In this document: positions 1 to 5,718 of the stretch, one piece after another
Position numbering within the stretch: the stretch's first letter is position 1
How the letters are laid out: the number at the start of each line of letters is the position of its first letter
Origin: a virus
Strand: one strand, 5' to 3'
DNA length: 6,007 nt
IMG/VR virus record: IMGVR_UViG_3300020041_000030
Span: 1-6,007 of that record
The notes under the pieces: model-generated
Database searches by the model: none
Told to the model about the DNA's origin: nothing
The model's input: the letters and a program-made list of their open reading frames with translations, nothing else
Made by a program: the position numbers and the translations under genes

Positions 1-64
1 CGCGGCCTCTCCTGCAGTCGTTACCAATAACCTTCAGCAATTCACGAACTCTTGCAGAAGGGGT
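1..64. repeat. Terminal direct repeat, copy 1: overlap from linearising a circular genome (unit length 5,943 nt)
   Basis: Identical base for base to 5944..6007 (cgcggcctctcctgcagtcg...cttgcagaaggggt). Both copies end exactly at the window edges. Confidence 0.95.
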
Positions 65-70
65 CCGCGC
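1..70 (-). terminator. Long imperfect GC-clamped hairpin followed by a T-run on the - strand; spans the circular junction. Candidate intrinsic terminator or ssDNA structural element.
   Basis: The arms are g5943 plus 1..21 and 44..70. There is a perfect clamp GCGCGG/CCGCGC (5943,1..5 with 65..70), then C6-G63, C7-G62, C9-G60 and T10-A59. CTGCA/TGCAG pair (12..16 with 53..57) and TCGT/ACGA pair (18..21 with 44..47), with bulges and a loop of about 22 nt. On the - strand the stem is followed by C-A-TTTTT-C (5943..5936). The long loop and bulges are atypical for a terminator, and the element overlaps the 35-aa ORF. Confidence 0.3.
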
Positions 71-101
71 ACGTAGCATATATCGTCAAGTAAAGAGTGT
101 A

Positions 102-398
102 CTATTTTTCTTCAAGTTTCGGAGGATTCGCAGTAGCCTTCGATCTATCAATCTCTGAATCAATAAGTTCCTGGCCAACTTCAAGGCCATCGAACTTATC
201 CATGCGAGAGAACGAATTAGGGTCAAAATCAATTTCAGGATTAAACTTTTCACCCTTATCGAAATCAGAGGGTTCTACCACTACGTCTGGACGACCAGGG
301 AGAACGTCGACGGAGCCTGAACCATCAAGAACGGAAAGAATACGCTGACCACGAGAGATGTAGTCAGGAGCATCCTCAAGAAGCCAATCAAGTGCCAT
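102..398 (-). CDS. Hypothetical highly acidic 98-aa protein (possible scaffolding-type protein; function unknown)
   Basis: ATG at 398..396, 12 nt after the VP1 TAA stop; TAG stop at 104..102. It shares strand and packing with the hallmark genes. It has about 24 Asp/Glu versus 11 Lys/Arg and repeated D-F-D/F-D motifs (SDFDKGEKFNPEIDFDPNSF...MDKFDG). I recognise no family motif. Confidence 0.6.
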   Translation of the reverse strand: MALDWLLEDAPDYISRGQRILSVLDGSGSVDVLPGRPDVVVEPSDFDKGEKFNPEIDFDPNSFSRMDKFDGLEVGQELIDSEIDRSKATANPPKLEEK

Positions 399-410
399 AT
401 AATCAACGAA

Positions 411-2207
411 TTAACGGTTAGACAAACGGGTTGCAAATGTTTTATTGATCAAATTCTTCTTCTGAACCGAATAGGACATATTTACGAAGAAATTATCCTC
501 CACATTCGAACTAAAGGGCGAGTTCACCTGCAATAAGTCAGTAAAAAGAATCGGATAATAGAAAGGTTCTGGTAGGGAGCCGGAGCCACTGGAGGTTAAA
601 ACAGTGCGCTGTTGAACCCAATAAGAGTAAAGGGGAGTTCCAGAGCCACCCTCGGCAGAACTACTGTAGTAGGCTTGGAGTTGGCCAAGAACCTCGTCAT
701 AAGAAGAGCGAAACTCGTTAAAGCACGGCTCGGCAGCAAAGCTACTGCCAGGATTTGAGTTAAACGCTATACGAAAACCCGGGACATCCTGATAGCCAAT
801 GTCGTTGTAAATAGGATTGAAATAATCGGAGCCAAAATAATTGAGATAGTCCGGTTTAATAAAACTCCAGTAGTAAACAGGCCTAATGCTCAACATATCA
901 ATCAAATAACCCGGCTCGCGGAAATAATAAGACTGCCGGCGACCCAAACGGTCGTTGAATGCAATAGAACCTCCTTGTTGACCAAGAGGTTGATTGCCAG
1001 AAAAATTATTATCTCCAGCCTGATTCATCACGATCTGAACGTTGATTGTCTGAGAAGCACTAAAAAGAAGCTTCGGACGGTCAACATGCTCAATCTTAGA
1101 GGCGAAAAATGTCTCCAACCAATCGCTATAACGACTGCCGCCGGCACCCAAAAGGTCCTTATACTCTTGAAGACGAGACGCGATAGCCAACTGTGGGATA
1201 GTCTGAACGCCCGACATGGAAACAGCCGAGGATGAACCTACGGGGACGAGGCGACTAAACCGGTCGGGATTAGAGGGTACAACAGCCATTGGATGCGCCA
1301 CCAAAAAATAAGCTAAGGCCGAAGAGGCGGCAGAGCTAGTAGTAGGAAGGGTTTGCGAAATAATACCCTTAGAGCCGAGCAAATTCGTGGACGGATAAGT
1401 AGTAACAACGGGGTAACCATCAGAGGAAGCGCTACCACTCTTCAAATCAGAGCGAATGATTTGATAAAAGAGGTTGCCACGATTGAACGTATTATTGGAG
1501 GATGTCACAGCGGAAGGATAAAATTGGCTCTCGTAATAAGCATCGAGGAACTCAAGATTGCCATAACATTGTGTAAAGAACCTGGCATCGCCCGAATTAT
1601 CAGGGTCAAGAGTATACGCGGTGCCCGAAAGGATCAGCTTGTTCGCCATAGGCCACGCGAAGGAATAGAGTCCCCATTGCGAATAGCCGTAATAATTTCG
1701 AACAATATCCCAATAAGCTAAATACGAGTCGGCGTTAGACCACTGACTAATGTTAGCAGTCGCCGGAAGAGTAGTCGACGCAAGCGGGGTGCCACCAGTA
1801 TTGTACTTGTTGCCGATCCGTAACCAAGAAAAAAGCGAATTCGTAAACGACGCGCCAAAAAAATCAGCGTTCAAGGCGCCAGCAGAGGGAAATGTGCTAC
1901 AAACCCAATTCAGGCTCAACTGGTTCATATCAAACTTACTGCTATTCGTTCTCAACTCAGGGTGATACAGCTGAAGCGGTACCCAAAAACGGTGAAGCCG
2001 AATAGTATAGGGATTGAACGTCGGAACAGCCAATGGGTTGCTACGAACATCGACGCCCTGCTCGATAGACACACGATCACGAGCATTGATAAAATCGATT
2101 CGCACCGGATATAAAATACCCGGCGTGCATGTAAAGGCCTTACTCTCAGGAACATCGTAACGAGAGTAGCCATTGACGGCATGTGAGATGAAAGGTTGCT
2201 TTCCCAT
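411..2207 (-). CDS. VP1: Major capsid protein VP1 (Microviridae F-protein family)
   Basis: 598-aa ORF with ATG at 2207..2205, 3 nt after the VP4 stop. The N-terminal blocks INARDRVSIE and IRLHRFWVPLQLY align with phiX174 F blocks VIAGDSFEM and IFTFYVPHRHVY as I recall them. The central block SRLQEYKDLLGAGGSRYSDWLETFF...DRPKLL matches the conserved GG(S/T)RY block of Microviridae capsid proteins (Pfam Phage_F). Size and synteny with Rep and VP2 fit. Confidence 0.95.
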   Translation of the reverse strand: MGKQPFISHAVNGYSRYDVPESKAFTCTPGILYPVRIDFINARDRVSIEQGVDVRSNPLAVPTFNPYTIRLHRFWVPLQLYHPELRTNSSKFDMNQLSLNWVCSTFPSAGALNADFFGASFTNSLFSWLRIGNKYNTGGTPLASTTLPATANISQWSNADSYLAYWDIVRNYYGYSQWGLYSFAWPMANKLILSGTAYTLDPDNSGDARFFTQCYGNLEFLDAYYESQFYPSAVTSSNNTFNRGNLFYQIIRSDLKSGSASSDGYPVVTTYPSTNLLGSKGIISQTLPTTSSAASSALAYFLVAHPMAVVPSNPDRFSRLVPVGSSSAVSMSGVQTIPQLAIASRLQEYKDLLGAGGSRYSDWLETFFASKIEHVDRPKLLFSASQTINVQIVMNQAGDNNFSGNQPLGQQGGSIAFNDRLGRRQSYYFREPGYLIDMLSIRPVYYWSFIKPDYLNYFGSDYFNPIYNDIGYQDVPGFRIAFNSNPGSSFAAEPCFNEFRSSYDEVLGQLQAYYSSSAEGGSGTPLYSYWVQQRTVLTSSGSGSLPEPFYYPILFTDLLQVNSPFSSNVEDNFFVNMSYSVQKKNLINKTFATRLSNR

Positions 2208-2210
2208 AAA

Positions 2211-3281
2211 TTAAATGATTAGTTGAAGTTTATAATGATCTTGCCAAAACTGGAAAATATCCAGGTCTAGCCAAGTAGGAGGGTCGAAATCCGGCATCTT
2301 GCGAGAGGAGGCGGCGAAGCGCGTCATTTGTTTTTGCTCCCACGTATACGTCGCTCTACGGGATACGGAGGAATTGAGGCCGAACCGCTCAACGCACAGA
2401 GACACAACACGCTTAACCAGAGAAGACTTGCTAAAACGTGCATAAGAATCAGCGGCAGTAATCGAGCGAATAACGTCGTCTTCCGGTTTAAGGTATCTAA
2501 GATAATATCGAGGAATCGAGTAATTATAATTGATACTCTTCTCAAAATCGAAATAAGACCACGACGAAGTACGAGCAGAAGGCCGAGGCATATAACCAAG
2601 AAAATCACCAACGCCAGCAGATACGAATTTTCGCGTATAACGGCGATGTTGGAGGAGGCAAGATAAAGATGTAGTTTTTCCATCTATAGTAACAAATTTA
2701 TCCGAAACGTCTTCGGGTTTAAACTGAATTTGTTTGGTAATGTATTTAACAACATATCGAGCTCGCTTATGCGTGCCTTTTGCGAGCCAGACAAAACCAA
2801 GGTCGCGGACAGCCGCTCGAATATCGTTATACATACAGTTGGTATCAAAAAGAAAGCCGTGGAAATGCAGACGAGGCTCCGAGCCTGTTTCCGGGTGGGT
2901 ACCAAACTCTTGAAAAAACGCGTGCTTAAAAGAGTGTCCGAGCGTATGACGGACACGTTCATTCCACCGCCGAATAAATCTAGAGGGATCTCGCAACGCT
3001 TCATCGTAATACTCAGGAGCTATAGTTATTGTAATAAAAATAGCCTGCTGGGACTCGGCTTTACAACGAGCAAGCTCGCGCTCAAGGCGCACGAACCAAT
3101 CATTGCGCTGACGACGCAGGCAATCCTCACATTTTCCACAAGGGACCATAAGCCACTGGCGGGCGATATCCCAAGGACGAAAAGCCAAGGCAGACTTAGC
3201 AACATCAGAGCCGTTACGACAAGGATTCTTCTTATCGAAATAGCGGCGGTTGCGTATCCATATAGGAGAGAGGCAAGGCAT
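2211..3281 (-). CDS. VP4: Replication initiation protein VP4 (HUH rolling-circle endonuclease, phiX174 gpA-like)
   Basis: 356-aa ORF with ATG at 3281..3279. It has a Cys cluster PCGKCEDCLRRQRNDW. RCR motif 1 is FITITI (aa 82-87), motif 2 (HUH) is LHFHGFLF (aa 138-145) and motif 3 is RYVVKYITK (aa 175-183). Motif 3 has two Tyr four residues apart, as in phiX174 protein A. Confidence 0.93.
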   Translation of the reverse strand: MPCLSPIWIRNRRYFDKKNPCRNGSDVAKSALAFRPWDIARQWLMVPCGKCEDCLRRQRNDWFVRLERELARCKAESQQAIFITITIAPEYYDEALRDPSRFIRRWNERVRHTLGHSFKHAFFQEFGTHPETGSEPRLHFHGFLFDTNCMYNDIRAAVRDLGFVWLAKGTHKRARYVVKYITKQIQFKPEDVSDKFVTIDGKTTSLSCLLQHRRYTRKFVSAGVGDFLGYMPRPSARTSSWSYFDFEKSINYNYSIPRYYLRYLKPEDDVIRSITAADSYARFSKSSLVKRVVSLCVERFGLNSSVSRRATYTWEQKQMTRFAASSRKMPDFDPPTWLDLDIFQFWQDHYKLQLII

Positions 3282-3499
3282 TACAAAAAGCTCTTAAGAC
3301 AGTCAAACTTGACAGCCGGGTGGTCAAGACGACAGCGAATGAGGTAATCGTTGGCAGGGGCTTCTTCAGAAAACCAGGCCAAAACAACACGTTTGCGACC
3401 GCGGTATGCGCCAATAGAGTAGCGATAAGGAATGCAGTCAACTATCGGAGAGAATCTGGGGCGAAAATCAAAAGTGTCCATGCTTGAAAACATTATCAT
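3281..3499 (-). CDS. Hypothetical 72-aa protein, translationally coupled to VP4
   Basis: ATG at 3499..3497. Its TAA stop (3283..3281) shares one base with the VP4 ATG (TAATG on the - strand). It is slightly basic (YRGRKR). Two further in-frame Met codons (aa 3 and 7) make the exact start uncertain. No recognisable motif. Confidence 0.55.
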   Translation of the reverse strand: MIMFSSMDTFDFRPRFSPIVDCIPYRYSIGAYRGRKRVVLAWFSEEAPANDYLIRCRLDHPAVKFDCLKSFL

Positions 3500-3724
3500 G
3501 CGCTTCGAAAGGCGGTACTTTCGAGCGCGAAAACTGCTTCGTTACGCCGCTCGACGGCTTAACAGCCAGGACGCTGCGCGTCTTCGAGCTCCATGGCTTC
3601 ACTTCGCAAATTATATACCGAATAAATTCGGAGGGTTTGGAAGCAAAGACTCCCGGGGGAGAGAAGCCTCTCCCGGGAGTTTCGCAATCAAAGAACTCTT
3701 CCTCCAAGAGGGCGGGTTACTACT
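3500..3724. other. Largest non-coding region (225 nt): cluster of stem-loops and palindromes. Candidate complementary-strand origin or regulatory region.
   Basis: Hairpin A, 3500..3528: GCGCTTCGAAAG/CTTTCGAGCGC, 11 bp with 1 bulge. Hairpin B, 3541..3563: GTTACGCCG/CGGCTTAAC, 8 bp with 1 mismatch. Palindrome 3618..3631: CCGAATAAATTCGG. Hairpin E, 3647..3682: GC-rich, 7 bp + 2-nt bulge + 5 bp plus extension. A weak hairpin lies at 3696..3710. The only ORF through this region (79 aa) needs a TTG start. Confidence 0.6.
3647..3682 (-). terminator. GC-rich hairpin downstream of the 107-aa ORF; weak intrinsic-terminator candidate
   Basis: CTCCCGGGGGAGAG (3650..3663), loop AAGC, CTCTCCCGGGAG (3668..3679): 12 G/C-rich pairs with a GG bulge, extended by A3649-T3680 and A3647-T3682. 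On the - strand it is followed by TCTTTGCTTCC, which is only moderately T-rich. It starts 43 nt after the TAA at 3727..3725. Confidence 0.3.
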
Positions 3725-4048
3725 TTAGTTCCCTTTCCCTTCTTCTTTCGTCGTGACTTCATCGCAGTCAAGGTTAAAATCAAACATAAGGAAAAGAGTA
3801 TTGTCGAAAAACTCGACTCGGAAATGCGGCAAACTGCCGCAGGTGGTAACAAGTTCGAAAAGCCCCGAATGATCAATGTAAAGCGAATCGCTGATGTGCG
3901 AACTCTTCAAAAAATGAGCAAGAAACGTGTCCTTGAAAACGCTGAATGGAAGAGGTTCAAACTGATTATCCTTAACGCGACCTACCTGAACGAGGTCGAT
4001 CTTAAGGGCCGGGTTGATTCGGCGAATAACGACGTGAATTTGTGTCAT
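3725..4048 (-). CDS. Hypothetical 107-aa protein (unknown function)
   Basis: The first ATG is at 4048..4046, 11 nt after the stop of the preceding ORF; TAA at 3727..3725. The 124-aa version in the track requires a TTG start at 4099 and a 40-nt overlap. No motif recognised. Confidence 0.55.
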   Translation of the reverse strand: MTQIHVVIRRINPALKIDLVQVGRVKDNQFEPLPFSVFKDTFLAHFLKSSHISDSLYIDHSGLFELVTTCGSLPHFRVEFFDNTLFLMFDFNLDCDEVTTKEEGKGN

Positions 4049-4059
4049 GATAGTATAGT

Positions 4060-4377
4060 TTAAAGAATAGACTCGAATTTGCTGCAAAGACACTGCCAAA
4101 GCTTCGACTGATTCTTCCAGAAGTCATAACCCTGCGGCGTCTTGTCAAACGGGAAAGACATGGTAATGATGCTTCCGACGCCAAGAACAGGCGAGCTGCT
4201 CAGATAGCGAAGCTGAGCGCGCAAGCTGCCGCGGAAAGACCGACAGTCAGGATGAAGGCTCTCATAGTTCGCTCTGTACTCAAAGAGTAAGCCTCGCCGA
4301 GTAAGCCACTCAATGAACATGTACTCAACGACATCGATAGGGAGACCTGAGATCCTAGTGTTTTTATTTGCTTTCAT
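4060..4377 (-). CDS. Hypothetical protein, 105 aa from ATG 4377 (start ambiguous; unknown function)
   Basis: The ORF is open from 4461. Candidate starts are GTG 4461 (133 aa, GTGA overlap with the VP2 stop), ATG 4410 (116 aa) and ATG 4377 (105 aa, MKANKNTRISGLP...). I give the shortest version because it is compatible with the promoter-like motif at 4404..4434. TAA at 4062..4060. The C-terminal FPFDKTPQGYDFWKNQSKLW is distinctive, but I cannot assign it. Confidence 0.55.
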   Translation of the reverse strand: MKANKNTRISGLPIDVVEYMFIEWLTRRGLLFEYRANYESLHPDCRSFRGSLRAQLRYLSSSPVLGVGSIITMSFPFDKTPQGYDFWKNQSKLWQCLCSKFESIL

Positions 4378-4403
4378 GGTAATGTGGTTATTGGTTTGCG
4401 GTA

Positions 4404-4434
4404 CAAACATACAAATACGAGAGAGATATGCAAA
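4404..4434 (-). promoter_or_regulatory. Bacteroidota-type promoter candidate (TTTG-N19-TAnnTTTG) upstream of the 105-aa ORF
   Basis: The - strand reads TTTG (4434..4431), 19 nt, then TATGTTTG (4411..4404), 26 nt upstream of ATG 4377. This matches the described Bacteroides/Flavobacterium -33/-7 consensus. Caveats: TAnnTTTG alone also occurs at least six more times on this T-rich strand inside genes (737, 1931, 2693, 3781, 5144). The motif also overlaps the alternative ATG at 4410. Confidence 0.3.
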
Positions 4435-4457
4435 GATCAAAAAGTCGGAGAAATTGT

Positions 4458-5717
4458 TCACTTTCTCCCAAAATAATCGCGGCGAACGAACGTGCCGCCC
4501 ATTCTATCGCCTGAGGGGCCAAACACCTCTCTCATCTCCTGATAGTCTTCAGGACCGGCAGGGCCTGCAGCCTTGCGACCAGCATACGCGGCACCGGCAA
4601 CGCCGGCAGCGGTGGCGAAAGCCCGAACAATATCATGTCCAAGGCGAAGTCGAGAGTTACGCAAATCCCAGCGAGCGTTTCCTGTTTCGAGCTGAGCAGT
4701 TTCGGCAGCAGCAGTCTTCAAAATCGCTAAAGTTTCGGCCACTTTCATCGTTTTAACTTCAACGACCTGACCTTTGTCATCGCGGATTTGAACAGGAACC
4801 TCCTTCTCCCAATTGAGCTCAAACCACTTTTGCAAATCCTTGAGTTCCTGAGCATTAAGCTTAGTGCGAGAAACAGATTCGTTGGCCGACGCAATATTGG
4901 TGATCGCGGAACTCCAAGCAACGGCAAGCGCGGCGCCGGCTTGGGGCTCGAACCAATCATTAGTCTGTCGAAGATAGTTGTACTTTTCCTCGAGAACACC
5001 AGCCATAGCCATAATGGAGGAGAGTTTGTAACCCTGCGAAATATCGGCTAAATAGGCCTCAATGGACATGACTTGAGCATGAGCTTCATGCAGATTCGCG
5101 ACTTCTCGAGCATCCTTAACATTGTGCTCGGCAATCTGTAGCTCAAATTTATCCATCTGGTTGCGCCAATCCTGCGTATGAGTATTACCTCTGAGATTGG
5201 CAGCTTCTGCTTCATCTCGATCAGCGGCAGCAGCATTGCGGTCAATCGTAGACCGCGCAATCATGTTCTGTGCGATAGCAGTGGGGTCGCCGGGGGCAAA
5301 ACCTCCAAGAGCGGCGGGAGAAGCGCCGGAAGGACCAGAAGCAGAGGGCATAGGAGCAGAACCGCCGGACATCGTGGCATTCACGCCAACACCCGAGGAG
5401 CCTAAGACGGCCGCGGGTGTTACGCCGGCCTTCAAATAGCGGCCAAAAACTTTCGAGGGATCGTTGTAGGCATTTTCGTAATCAAATTGTTTCTGCCAGT
5501 TAGCATAAGAAAGCTCAGACTGCTTCTGCATCTGCTCGAGAGCATACTGCTGCTGAAGCTTCATCTGTTTTTGCTGAAACTTCCACTGGCGACGGGCGTT
5601 CATTCCTCCAAAAAGCTGACCTAAAGCGCCGGTGATTAAACCGGTGGTGCCAGTCGAAGCAGCAGACTGGCCAAGAGCCTGGCCGAAGGAGGCAGCAGCG
5701 GCAACGGGGGTAGGCAT
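4458..5717 (-). CDS. VP2: Minor capsid / DNA pilot protein VP2 (phiX174 H analogue)
   Basis: 419-aa ORF with ATG at 5717..5715 and TGA at 4460..4458. It has a Gly/Ala-rich N-terminus (AAAASFGQALGQSAASTGTTGLITGALGQLFGG) followed by a Gln-rich stretch. YNDPSKVFGRYLKAGVTPAAVLG resembles the conserved P..x..R...AG(L/V)(N/T)P block of gokusho/alpavirus VP2 as I recall it. The central part is long and Ala/Glu/Gln-rich, presumably helical, and synteny fits. Confidence 0.85.
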   Translation of the reverse strand: MPTPVAAAASFGQALGQSAASTGTTGLITGALGQLFGGMNARRQWKFQQKQMKLQQQYALEQMQKQSELSYANWQKQFDYENAYNDPSKVFGRYLKAGVTPAAVLGSSGVGVNATMSGGSAPMPSASGPSGASPAALGGFAPGDPTAIAQNMIARSTIDRNAAAADRDEAEAANLRGNTHTQDWRNQMDKFELQIAEHNVKDAREVANLHEAHAQVMSIEAYLADISQGYKLSSIMAMAGVLEEKYNYLRQTNDWFEPQAGAALAVAWSSAITNIASANESVSRTKLNAQELKDLQKWFELNWEKEVPVQIRDDKGQVVEVKTMKVAETLAILKTAAAETAQLETGNARWDLRNSRLRLGHDIVRAFATAAGVAGAAYAGRKAAGPAGPEDYQEMREVFGPSGDRMGGTFVRRDYFGRK

Positions 5718-5718
5718 A

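Noticed and set aside
1-64. Terminal repeats as biological elements (phage DTR, LTR, IS ends or att sites of a provirus)
   Set aside because: The repeats are direct and perfect, and they end exactly at the window boundaries. There is no integrase, transposase or flanking host DNA. Microviridae genomes are circular, so an assembly or linearisation overlap is the simplest explanation.
78-91. - strand ACTTGACGATATAT, which resembles the phiX174 origin core (CAACTTG/ATATTAATAAC as I recall it)
   Set aside because: Only about 9 scattered identities with an inserted CG. VP4 is very distant from phiX174 gpA, so origin sequence conservation is not expected, and a match this short is likely chance. 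Only nicking assays or comparative conservation could revive it.
1952-2182. 76-aa ATG-initiated +1 ORF inside the 5' end of VP1 with hydrophobic stretches (possible E-like gene)
   Set aside because: Its length is within what the stop-depleted +1 frame produces by chance. It has no upstream signal and no convincing TM-plus-charged-tail architecture. It is noted only as a secondary candidate to the VP4-embedded ORF.
2730-3347. 205-aa + strand ORF antisense to VP4, and the other + strand ORFs in the track (97..348, 975..1235, 1353..1721, 1750..1965, 2328..2666, 3432..3728, 3484..3756, 3824..4063, 4313..4756, 4788..5051, 5178..5405, 5197..5439, 5632..5907)
   Set aside because: Nearly all lie entirely antisense to a motif-supported or tightly packed - strand gene; 3432..3728 and 3484..3756 instead lie mainly over the non-coding region 3500..3724. 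Their translations are low-complexity (Arg/Ser/Ile/Lys-rich) with no recognisable motifs. Microviridae are known to express a single strand. They are best explained as shadow ORFs produced by the codon bias of the real genes.
3232-3441. 69-aa hydrophobic ORF overlapping the 72-aa ORF and the VP4 start
   Set aside because: It has only a TTG start and is a +1-frame compositional ORF. The competing 72-aa frame has an ATG and a TAATG junction with VP4.
3468-3707. 79-aa - strand ORF running through the large intergenic region
   Set aside because: It has no ATG or GTG and would need a TTG start at 3707. It overlaps the ATG-initiated 72-aa ORF by 32 nt. It also runs through four hairpins or palindromes that are better explained as non-coding structure. 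I cannot exclude it without comparative data.
3701-3710. The only Shine-Dalgarno-like string on the - strand (GGAGGAAG)
   Set aside because: It is followed only by a TTG opening a short ORF of about 26 codons through the GC hairpin, with no ATG or GTG at suitable spacing. It also forms part of a small CTCTT/AAGAG stem, so it is probably structural rather than a ribosome-binding site.
4060-4461. Longer versions of the two unknown ORFs (133 aa from GTG 4461; 124 aa from TTG 4099)
   Set aside because: This is not fully rejected for the first ORF. The GTGA overlap with the VP2 stop and the pyrimidine-ending codons over 4411..4461 are compatible with coding. I still report the ATG 4377 version because it fits the promoter-like motif. 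The TTG 4099 extension of the second ORF would overlap its neighbour by 40 nt, whereas ATG 4048 leaves an 11-nt gap.
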